A stretch of DNA of 63,701 bases from Clostridia bacterium (lineage in GTDB: Bacteria; CBDUZB01; JAGLHV01), in assembly GCA_030637025.1 (NCBI GenBank), contig DAOVVV010000011.1, positions 1 through 63,701 of the forward strand, given 5' to 3'. Positions 8,815 to 18,000 of the stretch are shown here, piece after piece; the first letter of the stretch is position 1; the number at the start of each line of letters is the position of its first letter. The notes beneath the pieces are model-generated. The model made no database searches and had not been told where the DNA came from. It saw only the letters and a list, made by a program, of their open reading frames with translations. Position numbers and translations under genes: made by a program.

Positions 8815-11250
8815 CTATTTTGATAATCGGCGATTATTTAAAACTATAAGGCGTTGTTGAGCCGGTCTAAAATTAGTATCTATTTCCAATGTTTTTACAT
8901 ACTGTTCAATAGCCTTACCGTAATAACCGGTAGATTCATAATTAAGTCCTAAATTGAAATAAGCAAATATAAAAGCCGGGTCTGTTTGAATCGCTTTTTT
9001 GAATTCGGCAATGGCTTTTTCATAACTTCCCCGCTGCCACCAGATAGTTCCTATTATATTATATCGTTCGGCATTTTGAGGGTTTTTTGGGTTTATTTTT
9101 ATTTCCTGATGCATTTTAGCAATTTCTATATTTTGTTTTAGGATAGCTTTTGTTACATAAGCAAACTCAAGAGGCAGAGTTTTTTTAAATACTCTAAGTG
9201 ATTTTTCGTATTCGCCGGCATTAAGAAGGGCTGTTCCCCAGTTAAAATGATAGATGGAATTATCAGGTTTTATTAATGCTGCTTTTTTAAATTCACCGGC
9301 AGATTGGAAATAATCTTTTTTGTGGTAGTAAATGTAGCCTAAAATATTATGTAAACCATCATTTTCAGGATAGAGTTTTAGTATATTTTTGTATTTTGTA
9401 ACGAGATTTGCAAAATCCTTCTTTTTCTTTTTCTGGGTGTGGCCTTGAGTATTTTTATCAATTTTGTAGACAAGAAGATTCCCGATATGTGTTTCGGGTT
9501 TAAAATTATGGGTGGTTGAGGAATAAAAGAGATGGTCATAATCGGATGAGTTGTTTATTCCCACGGAGGCAATAAGATATTCTACTTTGTTTTCTTTTAT
9601 TGATTGCTCAAAACTTTTTATCCAGGGGGCACACTTGGGGTCATAACTAACAACTTTTCTATCAGACCAGAGCCAGAGCTCGTTTCCTCCCATTATTACA
9701 GTAGATGAAGGAGTATTTTCTTTTAACCATTTTCCTGCTTTCATCCAGATGGATTTGTTGCGCAGGGGAAGATTATGCTTAATTAAATTTTCTGAAGTAA
9801 TCGCGGCCGGTAAGACAAAAATTAAAATCAAAGCAGCAGATATTAAATAACGCATATAACAGATAATATATTTTTCGCTTTTTGTTTTGATAGAGCTGTT
9901 AGAGGGTATTGAGTTTTTTGAATTAGTTTCATTTTGGTCAATTATCCATTGAATTCCTTTTATTAAAAAATAAAAGGTAAAAGGTATCAGAGGAACCAGA
10001 TATCGATGTTGGCGATAAGTAAAGCAGAGATGTAAGGCTAAGTAAAAAAAGGGGTAGAGAATAATTATATCGATATTACTTAGATACCGGAAAGATAGAA
10101 GAGGTTTAGCAGGGTGTATTTTATTACCTTTTAAATGACTCCAAATGCCCAGAATAAGGAGTAAAGAAGTTATTGAATAGAATAAAAATATTATAATTTG
10201 ATAAGTTTTAATTTTTTCCAGCCAGGGTATGCTGTAGTGATATTCAAAAGGGAAAAGGGGATTGATAATTCCCATCCCTTTTTTAAAATAGAATTTAAGA
10301 TTAAGTAAAATACGTTTGGTTAATAAACGCGGGGTTATTTTAGAGGCAAAAGGGTCTGCTGCCCAAACTGAAAAGATTTGGGATACATAATTTTCCCCGG
10401 AAGTAGATGCATTACGGGAAACATGAATATCCCGATAAATCCAGGGTATAACTAAGATGATAAAAATAAAAGATATGGTCAAAGCTTTCTTTATATTTTC
10501 AAGGCAGAAAAAAGATTTGGTTTTTTTGTATCCGTTAAAAAAAAGATAAACCAGGCCCGTAGGTAGCAGAACAATACCATCTCCCCGGGTGAAAAAAGCA
10601 AGTGCCATCAAAAGAGAGGTGAAAAAAGCCCAAATTAAAAAATTAAATATTTTACCCTTTTCAAATTTTTTGTCTGCGAAATGGCGAAGAAAAATAAGTG
10701 CCCAGATTGTTATACACAAAGCCGGAATATGGCTCATTACCTCTGTGGAATATATCAGGAAAGTCGGATTGATTATTATTAGCAAAAATAAAATAGAAAA
10801 GAAAATAAAAGGCAAAGTCTTAGATTGAGCTTTTTTGTTATGGGATAAATCATTACTTATGCCGGGGTCAATTTCAAAAGGTATTTGTTTTTTATTTTTT
10901 AATACAAGCATAAAAGGTTTAAAGAAGAAATATATACCAATTAGTGTAACGACGGCAAGAAGGATTGATAAACATTTCCAGGCTAAAACATTTTCCGGAA
11001 AAAGAAGAACCCAGGGGATAAGCATAACAGGATAGAAAAAAGGATATTTAGTGTGATCCGGATTTCCACATTGGGAGATATCGCGATAACCTTGTCCGCT
11101 GGAAATAGCTTTGGCCAGTGTAACATATTCCCCACAATCAGGATGATAAAGAAATTCCGGATTGAGTCGCAGGATTGCCAATCCAATAAATAGAAAAATA
11201 AAAATTATAAATATAACCCTGAATTTTATAAATGTATTTTTATAAGTCAT
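8815..11250 (-). CDS. GT-C fold (ArnT/PMT-like) membrane glycosyltransferase with C-terminal TPRs
   Basis: D..EYVTLAKAISSGQGY, YPFFYP, multiple TM helices, RYLVPLIP and TPR repeats. Likely start MTYKN at 11250. Confidence 0.75.
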   Translation of the reverse strand: MTYKNTFIKFRVIFIIFIFLFIGLAILRLNPEFLYHPDCGEYVTLAKAISSGQGYRDISQCGNPDHTKYPFFYPVMLIPWVLLFPENVLAWKCLSILLAVVTLIGIYFFFKPFMLVLKNKKQIPFEIDPGISNDLSHNKKAQSKTLPFIFFSILFLLIIINPTFLIYSTEVMSHIPALCITIWALIFLRHFADKKFEKGKIFNFLIWAFFTSLLMALAFFTRGDGIVLLPTGLVYLFFNGYKKTKSFFCLENIKKALTISFIFIILVIPWIYRDIHVSRNASTSGENYVSQIFSVWAADPFASKITPRLLTKRILLNLKFYFKKGMGIINPLFPFEYHYSIPWLEKIKTYQIIIFLFYSITSLLLILGIWSHLKGNKIHPAKPLLSFRYLSNIDIIILYPFFYLALHLCFTYRQHRYLVPLIPFTFYFLIKGIQWIIDQNETNSKNSIPSNSSIKTKSEKYIICYMRYLISAALILIFVLPAAITSENLIKHNLPLRNKSIWMKAGKWLKENTPSSTVIMGGNELWLWSDRKVVSYDPKCAPWIKSFEQSIKENKVEYLIASVGINNSSDYDHLFYSSTTHNFKPETHIGNLLVYKIDKNTQGHTQKKKKKDFANLVTKYKNILKLYPENDGLHNILGYIYYHKKDYFQSAGEFKKAALIKPDNSIYHFNWGTALLNAGEYEKSLRVFKKTLPLEFAYVTKAILKQNIEIAKMHQEIKINPKNPQNAERYNIIGTIWWQRGSYEKAIAEFKKAIQTDPAFIFAYFNLGLNYESTGYYGKAIEQYVKTLEIDTNFRPAQQRLIVLNNRRLSK

Positions 11251-11368
11251 CTTAATTCCTTTTATAAAAGAGCTTTGTTTAAAGTGGATTAACAATTATA
11301 TTAAATATCCAGGTTTTTTTCAAAGATATTTTCATATTTGTTTAATAGTAACATCTTTAGTTTTTTAT

Positions 11369-11790
11369 TTATGGCTACTCTTCAGCAGTTATAGTTACAG
11401 TTATTGTTTGTTGTGTAGTTAAGCTTGTACTTGTAGGTGATTCAAACCTGAACCATAAATATCTATCTTCACTGGGATGCACATTATATCCTTTAGCTTC
11501 TTTCCCTACGTCATCTTTAACAAAATCTCCGCTGGTGCATACTCCGGAGGTGGTTCCTATAGCATCGGAAAAACTTTCCCCAATATCAAAATGTCTGCTT
11601 TGTGCCGTATCTAGTGACACATGTTCAACCAGCAGGGACTGCCAGCTGTAAGGAATATCGTTCGTTAACATTTCCATTGTTAGTAACGGTTAAAGAGCTG
11701 ATAGCAGTAGTGGTACTTTATTTAATTACCGTTACAAAATTATAATTGGAAGAATTTACCGAAACACTTAATGCAATTCCGGTTTTTGTT
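11369..11790 (-). pseudogene. Decayed orphan copy of the shared pilin-like cassette (copy 3)
   Basis: Translates as ALSVSVNSSNYNFVTVIK*...ERYSLQLAVPAG*TCVT[deletion and frameshift]TAQSRHFDIG...TITAEE*P*. It has three in-frame stops and has lost the PGAEEFRMCGNFQ segment. Confidence 0.9.
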
Positions 11791-11803
11791 TGGGACGAAT
11801 AAT

Positions 11804-13510
11804 TCAATGTTGGGGGTAAATTTTCTTTAATTTCTTTTCAATTTCAGCAATTGTTTGCTCTAATGCTGATATTTTCTGCTGTTGTTGTTTTACCACCTCT
11901 AATAAATAGACAGAGATTAGGTCGTACTCAACAGCAACAGGTCTTCCTTTTTTGTCGTAATTTACCAATTCCGGTATTACCTCGTTTACTTCTTCTGCTA
12001 TTAATCCTATATCCTCTTCGTCCGTTTTCTTCCACTTGAATCTTACCGGCCTTAATTTAAATACATCTTCTGAATTGATTTCCAAATCTCTTATATCTTT
12101 TTTGTACCTTAGACTTGAACCGAGGTAGCTTAGTTCCCCTGTTGTAGTATTTATTTCCAGGCTCGCCTGATTGGTTGCAGGTAGATTGTTAATATATATC
12201 CCGTTAGTGGCATTCACATGCAGTGTTCCTGATGGATTATTCGTTCCAATACCGACATAGCCATTAGTTGAAACAACCAATCCATAACCAGTAGTTGTGT
12301 GGCTGGCTATAAATACCGCCGAATTTGTAGAATCTGATACAACATGCAATTTGGCTCCAACAGTCGTTGTTCCGACACCGACATTGCCACCGTTATGAGC
12401 AAGGATAACATTACCGGCATTAGGCCATCCATTTCCACCGTAGAGATACAAGTTTCCACCAATATCCAGATTTCCATTAGCGGCAGTAATTTTTAAGTCA
12501 TTACCAGGGCTTTCTATCCAAGGACTCTCTACTCCTATGGTGCATATTCCCTTGAAGAGGACATCCCCGGAAATAAATAACTTTGAGCTCCCGCCGGTAT
12601 ACGGAGTCATTCCTATGCCGACTTCATTCTGGAAAAAATGTGTCCCTCCATTTGAATATATACTATACCGTGTGGGATCGGCATGACTAATTTGTAGAGC
12701 ACTAGTTATACTTGAGTCGCTGGCATGTGCATATAATGCCGCGGTGGTTCCTTTACATGCCTGCACAGTGGTGTAGGTATCTTTAATTTCCAATGGAGTT
12801 ACTGGACTATCTGTCCCGATGCCGACATTACCATCGAAATAATGTTGAAATGCATCTGCATATAGTCCATATCCCCCTAAAGCATAATTTTCAACATGCA
12901 AAGTTTTATCTATAGATAAATGACTGGACTCTACATATAATGCCGCATTATTGCCATCTAAAACCTTTACATTTTTATAATCAGAAGGGCCCCCTCGGAT
13001 ATCTAATGCAACCCCTGGATTATTTGTCCCGATGCCGACACAGCCGTTCGTTGAAACAACCAATCCGTAACCGTTAGTTGTGTGGCTGGCTATAAATACC
13101 GCCGAATCTGTAGAATCTGATTCAACATGCAACTTGGCTCCAGTATTCGTCGTTCCTATGCCGACATTGCCGTCAACAATTAAGTCTTCAGACGTGGTGC
13201 ATTCTGCACCTGCTGAATCTAATCTTAATCCACCTTTAATTACCACGTTTCCATCGGAATCGATATGGGAGACTACAGAATCTACCGAATCCCTGACTTC
13301 AAATGTCGTTGAACCATCGTTTGTGCTCAATTTGTTTTCAATATCACCGGCAAATCCGGGCGATTGAGAAAAACCCAAAATCAAGACCCCAAGCATCCAT
13401 ATTCGGCTTAAATGTATCCAAAAACTACACCGATTATGGTTTGACAAAATTGGAACTCCTTTTTTGCTTCCTACTAATTTAATCCATACTGTAGTAATTC
13501 TCTTTACCAT
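11804..13510 (-). CDS. Secreted tail-fibre-like protein with GNVGIGT repeats and C-terminal peptidase S74 intramolecular chaperone
   Basis: Repeated GNVGIGT motifs. C-terminal SSLRYKKDI...LRPVRFKWK...IGLIAEEV..VIPELV followed by a coiled coil. The true start may be downstream (MLGVLILG). Confidence 0.85.
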   Translation of the reverse strand: MVKRITTVWIKLVGSKKGVPILSNHNRCSFWIHLSRIWMLGVLILGFSQSPGFAGDIENKLSTNDGSTTFEVRDSVDSVVSHIDSDGNVVIKGGLRLDSAGAECTTSEDLIVDGNVGIGTTNTGAKLHVESDSTDSAVFIASHTTNGYGLVVSTNGCVGIGTNNPGVALDIRGGPSDYKNVKVLDGNNAALYVESSHLSIDKTLHVENYALGGYGLYADAFQHYFDGNVGIGTDSPVTPLEIKDTYTTVQACKGTTAALYAHASDSSITSALQISHADPTRYSIYSNGGTHFFQNEVGIGMTPYTGGSSKLFISGDVLFKGICTIGVESPWIESPGNDLKITAANGNLDIGGNLYLYGGNGWPNAGNVILAHNGGNVGVGTTTVGAKLHVVSDSTNSAVFIASHTTTGYGLVVSTNGYVGIGTNNPSGTLHVNATNGIYINNLPATNQASLEINTTTGELSYLGSSLRYKKDIRDLEINSEDVFKLRPVRFKWKKTDEEDIGLIAEEVNEVIPELVNYDKKGRPVAVEYDLISVYLLEVVKQQQQKISALEQTIAEIEKKLKKIYPQH

Positions 13511-13548
13511 TTTCTTTGTCCTCCTTTAAGGGTAATACAAAACTTTGT

Positions 13549-14005
13549 TTATGGCTGCTGTTCAGCCGTTATAGTTACTGTGATTGTTTGTTGTGTAGTT
13601 AAGTTTGTACTTGTTGGTGATTCAAACCTGAACCATAGATATCTCTCTTCACTGGGCGGCACATTATATCCCTTAGCCGCTTCCCCTTCGTTGTCTTTGG
13701 CAAAATCCGCATTGGAACATACGCTTTGTGCGGTTCCTATAGCATCGGAAGAAGATACGGCAATAACAAAATGACTTGCTTGTGCCGTAGCCGTCTGGAA
13801 ATTACCGCACATGCGGAATTCTTCTGCCCCGGGTGCAGTATCAGTGACGCAGGTCCAGCCGGCAGGAGAAGCAAGATTTAGTGAATATCGTTCGTTGACA
13901 TTTCCGTCATTAGTGACAGTTGTAGAACTGGCAGCTACATTTGTACTATTTTTTAGAACTACGCCAAAATCATATCCGGAAGAAGAGATGCTTATACTAA
14001 TGATG
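13549..14005 (-). repeat. Shared 3' cassette copy 4
   Basis: HFVIAVSSSDAIG subtype, nearly identical to copy 5. Confidence 0.95.
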
Positions 14006-14592
14006 GTGCCAAATATCCAGTTGGAATTGTTATTTCCTGAATTTGTAGAATTAGAGCAAGTTACAGTATTATAAAGAGCATCGGAATCTTTTACATCTAC
14101 ATAATCTACTGTTTGGTTCCCGTTGGGGAAGGATATATACCATTTTTGGGTATCAACAGAAGATCTTAAGTTAATAAGATTTCCGGTTGCACCGTTTAAT
14201 GTAAAAAGATTAGTTACTGTCTGGGTTGAACCGGTTGTAAAATATATTGTTTTCCCTGCTGTTTGGCAAACAAGATTATAAAAAGTAGTGTTGCCGAGGA
14301 GAGTAGATGCGGTTGTATTATTCTCAAAGGTTACTGTTGATGTTCCTGCATTAAAGGTGCCTTGATTTTCCCAGTTTCCAGAAAGAAAAAGTTGGGACTG
14401 AAAACAATTTATTGCACCACTATTGATTTTTATACTGCCACTGTTTCCTGCAATACTGAGTTCAGTGTTATTATTGAAAGTTACGGTTGCTCCATTGATT
14501 TCAAAATTAGCATAAAGTGGACGCACAAAAAACAAGAAAACGATAAAAATTAAATATTTTAGCTTTTTTTCGAAATCTATCATTTTTTTCAC
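13549..14592 (-). CDS. Secreted beta-helix-like domain + shared pilin-like domain (putative adaptor)
   Basis: Signal peptide, then GNWENQGTFNAGTSTVTF...TTFYNL...NSTNSGNNNSNWIF, then the shared cassette. Confidence 0.7.
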   Translation of the reverse strand: MKKMIDFEKKLKYLIFIVFLFFVRPLYANFEINGATVTFNNNTELSIAGNSGSIKINSGAINCFQSQLFLSGNWENQGTFNAGTSTVTFENNTTASTLLGNTTFYNLVCQTAGKTIYFTTGSTQTVTNLFTLNGATGNLINLRSSVDTQKWYISFPNGNQTVDYVDVKDSDALYNTVTCSNSTNSGNNNSNWIFGTIISISISSSGYDFGVVLKNSTNVAASSTTVTNDGNVNERYSLNLASPAGWTCVTDTAPGAEEFRMCGNFQTATAQASHFVIAVSSSDAIGTAQSVCSNADFAKDNEGEAAKGYNVPPSEERYLWFRFESPTSTNLTTQQTITVTITAEQQP

Positions 14593-14626
14593 CTTTTCAC
14601 CCGGGGGTTATCAGCAACATTTCTGT

Positions 14627-15080
14627 CTACGGCTGCTGTTCTGCCGTTATAGTTACAGTTATTGTTTGCTGTGTTTTCTGTGTAGTGCTGCTCGGTGATT
14701 CAAACCTGAACCATAAATATCTATCTTCACTGGGCGGCACATTATATCCTTTAGCTGCTTCCCCTTCGTTGTCTTTGGCAAAATCCGCAATGGAACATAC
14801 GCTTTGTGCTGTTCCTATAGCATCGGAAGAAGATACGGCAATAACAAAATGACTTGCTTGTGCGGTAGCCGTCTGAAAATTACCGCACATACGGAATTCT
14901 TCTGCCCCGGGGACAGTATCAGTGACACATGTCCAGCCGGCAGGAGAAGCAAGGTTTAGTGAGTATCGTTCGTTGACATTTCCGTTATTAGTAACGGTAA
15001 TGGAGCTGGTAGCAACGTTGGTACTGTTTTTCAGCACTGTGCCAAAATCGTATCCGGAAGAAGAGATACTTATACTAATA
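14627..15080 (-). repeat. Shared 3' cassette copy 5
   Basis: Nearly identical to 13549-14005. Confidence 0.95.
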
Positions 15081-18000
15081 GTCGAACCGGAATCTTCATA
15101 TTTTATTATCTTGGCTTCAGAAGGGATAGCATTAGCTAAAACATAGAGTAGATAATAACCCTGAGGCAAATCAGCAGGGGTGGTAAAAGATATTTGGGTA
15201 TCGGCATTTGCCCATTCACCATTGGTCATCGGGTATACGCTGGTAGAAACATCTATGAAATAACCGGATGGACAGGTAAAATTATAATTACCGGAATTCA
15301 TAAATTGCAGATAAACTCTGGGATAATTTGTCGGTGAATTCATTTGACAGTATGATCCACCTGTGGCTTGCGAATAGGCTTTAAATCTTGTACCTGTAAG
15401 ATCATAGGAAGTATTGGGATTGACTTGTTGAGGATAAGTAGAAATGCTGGGCTGCATAATAGATGCATACGTTGTATAATCGTATTCGGTATATAAAGCA
15501 GATTCGCAAGAATCAAGGGCTCCGCTGCTATTTTCTCCTCCCGCTATCAAAATTTTGCCGTTGGGAAGCAAAGTGGCGGTATGATTTTTTCTTGATGTAT
15601 TTAAGGAAGCAGTTGTAGACCAACTACCGGAAGCAGGATCATAAAGTTCACAGTTAGATAAATAATTAGTCCCATCAGTACCTCCGCTGACCAGAACCTT
15701 ACCGCTGGGGAGTAAAAGAGCAAAATGCTCATAGATAGCCGTATTTAATGAACCGGTAGTAGACCAGGTGGCAGTAGTTGGATTGTATAATTCACACACA
15801 GCACTGGCGGCACTATTAATGATTCCACCGGTTACTAAAACTTTGTTGTTAGGTAGTAAAGTGGCAGTGTGGGATTTTTTTGTAGTACTCATTGAACCGG
15901 TAGTAGACCAGGTTGTTGCTGAAGGATTGTATAGTTCACAGGTAGAAAGAGAGCTACTACCGTTATCACCTCCGGTTATTAAAACCTGACCGTTAGCCAG
16001 CAGGGTGGTTGTATGTGTATCTCTTAATCCACTTAATGAACCGGTAGTAGACCAGGTTGTTGCCGAAGGATTGTATAATTCACAGGTAGAGAGAGGTCCG
16101 GAGCCGTTATTTCCGCCGGAAACCAGAACCTTGCCGTCACCAAGCAAGGCAGCTGAATGAGTATATCGGTTTGAATTCATTGAGCCGGTAGTAGACCATG
16201 TACCTGCTGAAAAATCGTAAAGTTCACACGTAGAAAAATAGTTTGTACCATCATATCCACCGGACACCAGAACCTTGCCGTTGGCCAGTAAAATAGGCAG
16301 ATGTTGACTTCTTGTTGTATTCATTGAATTTGTCGTTGACCAGGTTCCTGCAGAGGGATCGTAAAGTTCGCAGGTAGAAAAATAACTTGTTCCGTCGTTT
16401 CCGCCGGTTACCAGGACTTTTCCGTTGGGAATCAGGGTAGCTGTATGCATAAATCTTTCGGTGTTGAGAGAATTACTGGTTGACCAGGCGGCTGATGAAG
16501 GGTCGTACAATTCACATGAGGAATGGCGAACGCTATCATTATATCCGCCCACAGTTAGTACTTGATTGTTGGGAAGAGAGATGGTTGAATGATAATATCT
16601 TGCTACGGACATCGCATCTGTGGTGGACCAGGTACCGCCGGAGGGGGTATATAGCTCACAGGTAGAATGGGGGGTAGCACCCATCCAATCGGTATCGTGT
16701 CCGCCGCTGACTAATAATTTCCCGTTAGGAAGTAAGGTGGCGGTATGAGCACGCCGTTTAGCGGACATTGGTGATGTGGTAGACCAGGTACCGGTAGAAG
16801 GATCGTATAATTGACAGGTAACGACACTGCCCCCAAACAGACCGAGATATCCCCCAGCAGCCAGGACTAATCCGTTGGGAAGCAGGGTTGTCGTGTGCTC
16901 AAGTTTTCCCTGTGACATAGAATTAGTGGTAGTCCATGTTCCTAAAGCAGGGTCGTATATTTCGCAAGTAGATAAAAAGGTGGTAGACTGGCTAATATAT
17001 CCGCCGGTTACTAAAACTTTTCCGTTGGGAAGTATGTTTGAATTTTGACCCATTCTCTGAGTGGACATAGAATTGGTAGTAGACCATGTGCCCAGGGACG
17101 GATCGTATATTTCGCAGGTGGAAACGGTTTGATTTGTACCCATGTTCCAACCACCCGCCACTAAAAGTTTTCCGTTGGGAAGTAAAGTGGGCATATGGGT
17201 ACATCTTACTGCGGACATAGGATTGGTAGTAGCCCATGTGCCCAGGGAGGGATTATATAATTCAGCAGTGGATAAAGAGGCACTGCCATCTATTCCGCCG
17301 GTTACTAAAACTTTTCCGTTGGGAAGTAATACGGCTATATGTTCTTCCCGGGTAGTAGACATAGAACCGGTCGTGCTCCAGGTACCCATAGAGGGGTCAT
17401 ACAGCTCGCAGGTAGAGAGAACTGCAGCGGCATTATTGCGTCCCCCGGTAACCAATATTTTTCCATTAGGGAGCAGGGTGGTAGTGAGATAGTCTCTTGT
17501 ACTACTCATTGTACTATCTGTAGGTTGTTTCCATACAGGGTCGACTAAAATAGGAAACTTAAGTCTGTCAAAATTAAAGCAAAGGTGTAAAATGGCTGAA
17601 GGTTGTATATTACCAAACATATCTTTTACATTAGGTAGTTTTTTAAGAATAAAAAAACCTTTTCGTTTCTGTCCACAGATATCAATAATTTCCGGTCTAC
17701 TCAAAATTAAAGTAAGATTACCTTTTTTATCCAATATTTGCAGATTCCCTTCTTTGCCTAGGAAGAAAGAATTTGCTTTTCCCTTAAGTGATAATTGGTA
17801 ACTGAAACTTATTTCCTTATCCGAAAGGGTGGGTTTTATTTTTTCAACCGGATAGACGGTTTTCTCTACAGGGGGCGAGTGTATAAAGAGCATTTCCTCT
17901 ATTCCCTGTGCAGTGGCTAAATAAAGCACATCTGTTCCGGGATAGGCAGAATGATAGCTGATGATACCGGCTTCTACTTGGGTTTTGACGGATAAACAAT

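Noticed and set aside
11375-11677. 100-aa ORF as a real gene, or TGA read as Trp (alternative genetic code)
   Set aside because: Its N-terminus is an off-frame reading of the decayed cassette. TAA and TAG stops and a deletion are also present, and TGA ends normal genes elsewhere in the window.
11804-13510. Prophage, suggested by the tail-fibre/S74 protein
   Set aside because: No other phage genes are present. The protein has a signal-peptide-like segment and lies within a secreted-protein operon.
15530-17500. Periodic ~141-150-bp repeats (GAACCGGTAGTAGACCAGG) resembling an array
   Set aside because: These are in-frame Kelch blade repeats with homologous intervening sequence, not a CRISPR array, and there are no cas genes.
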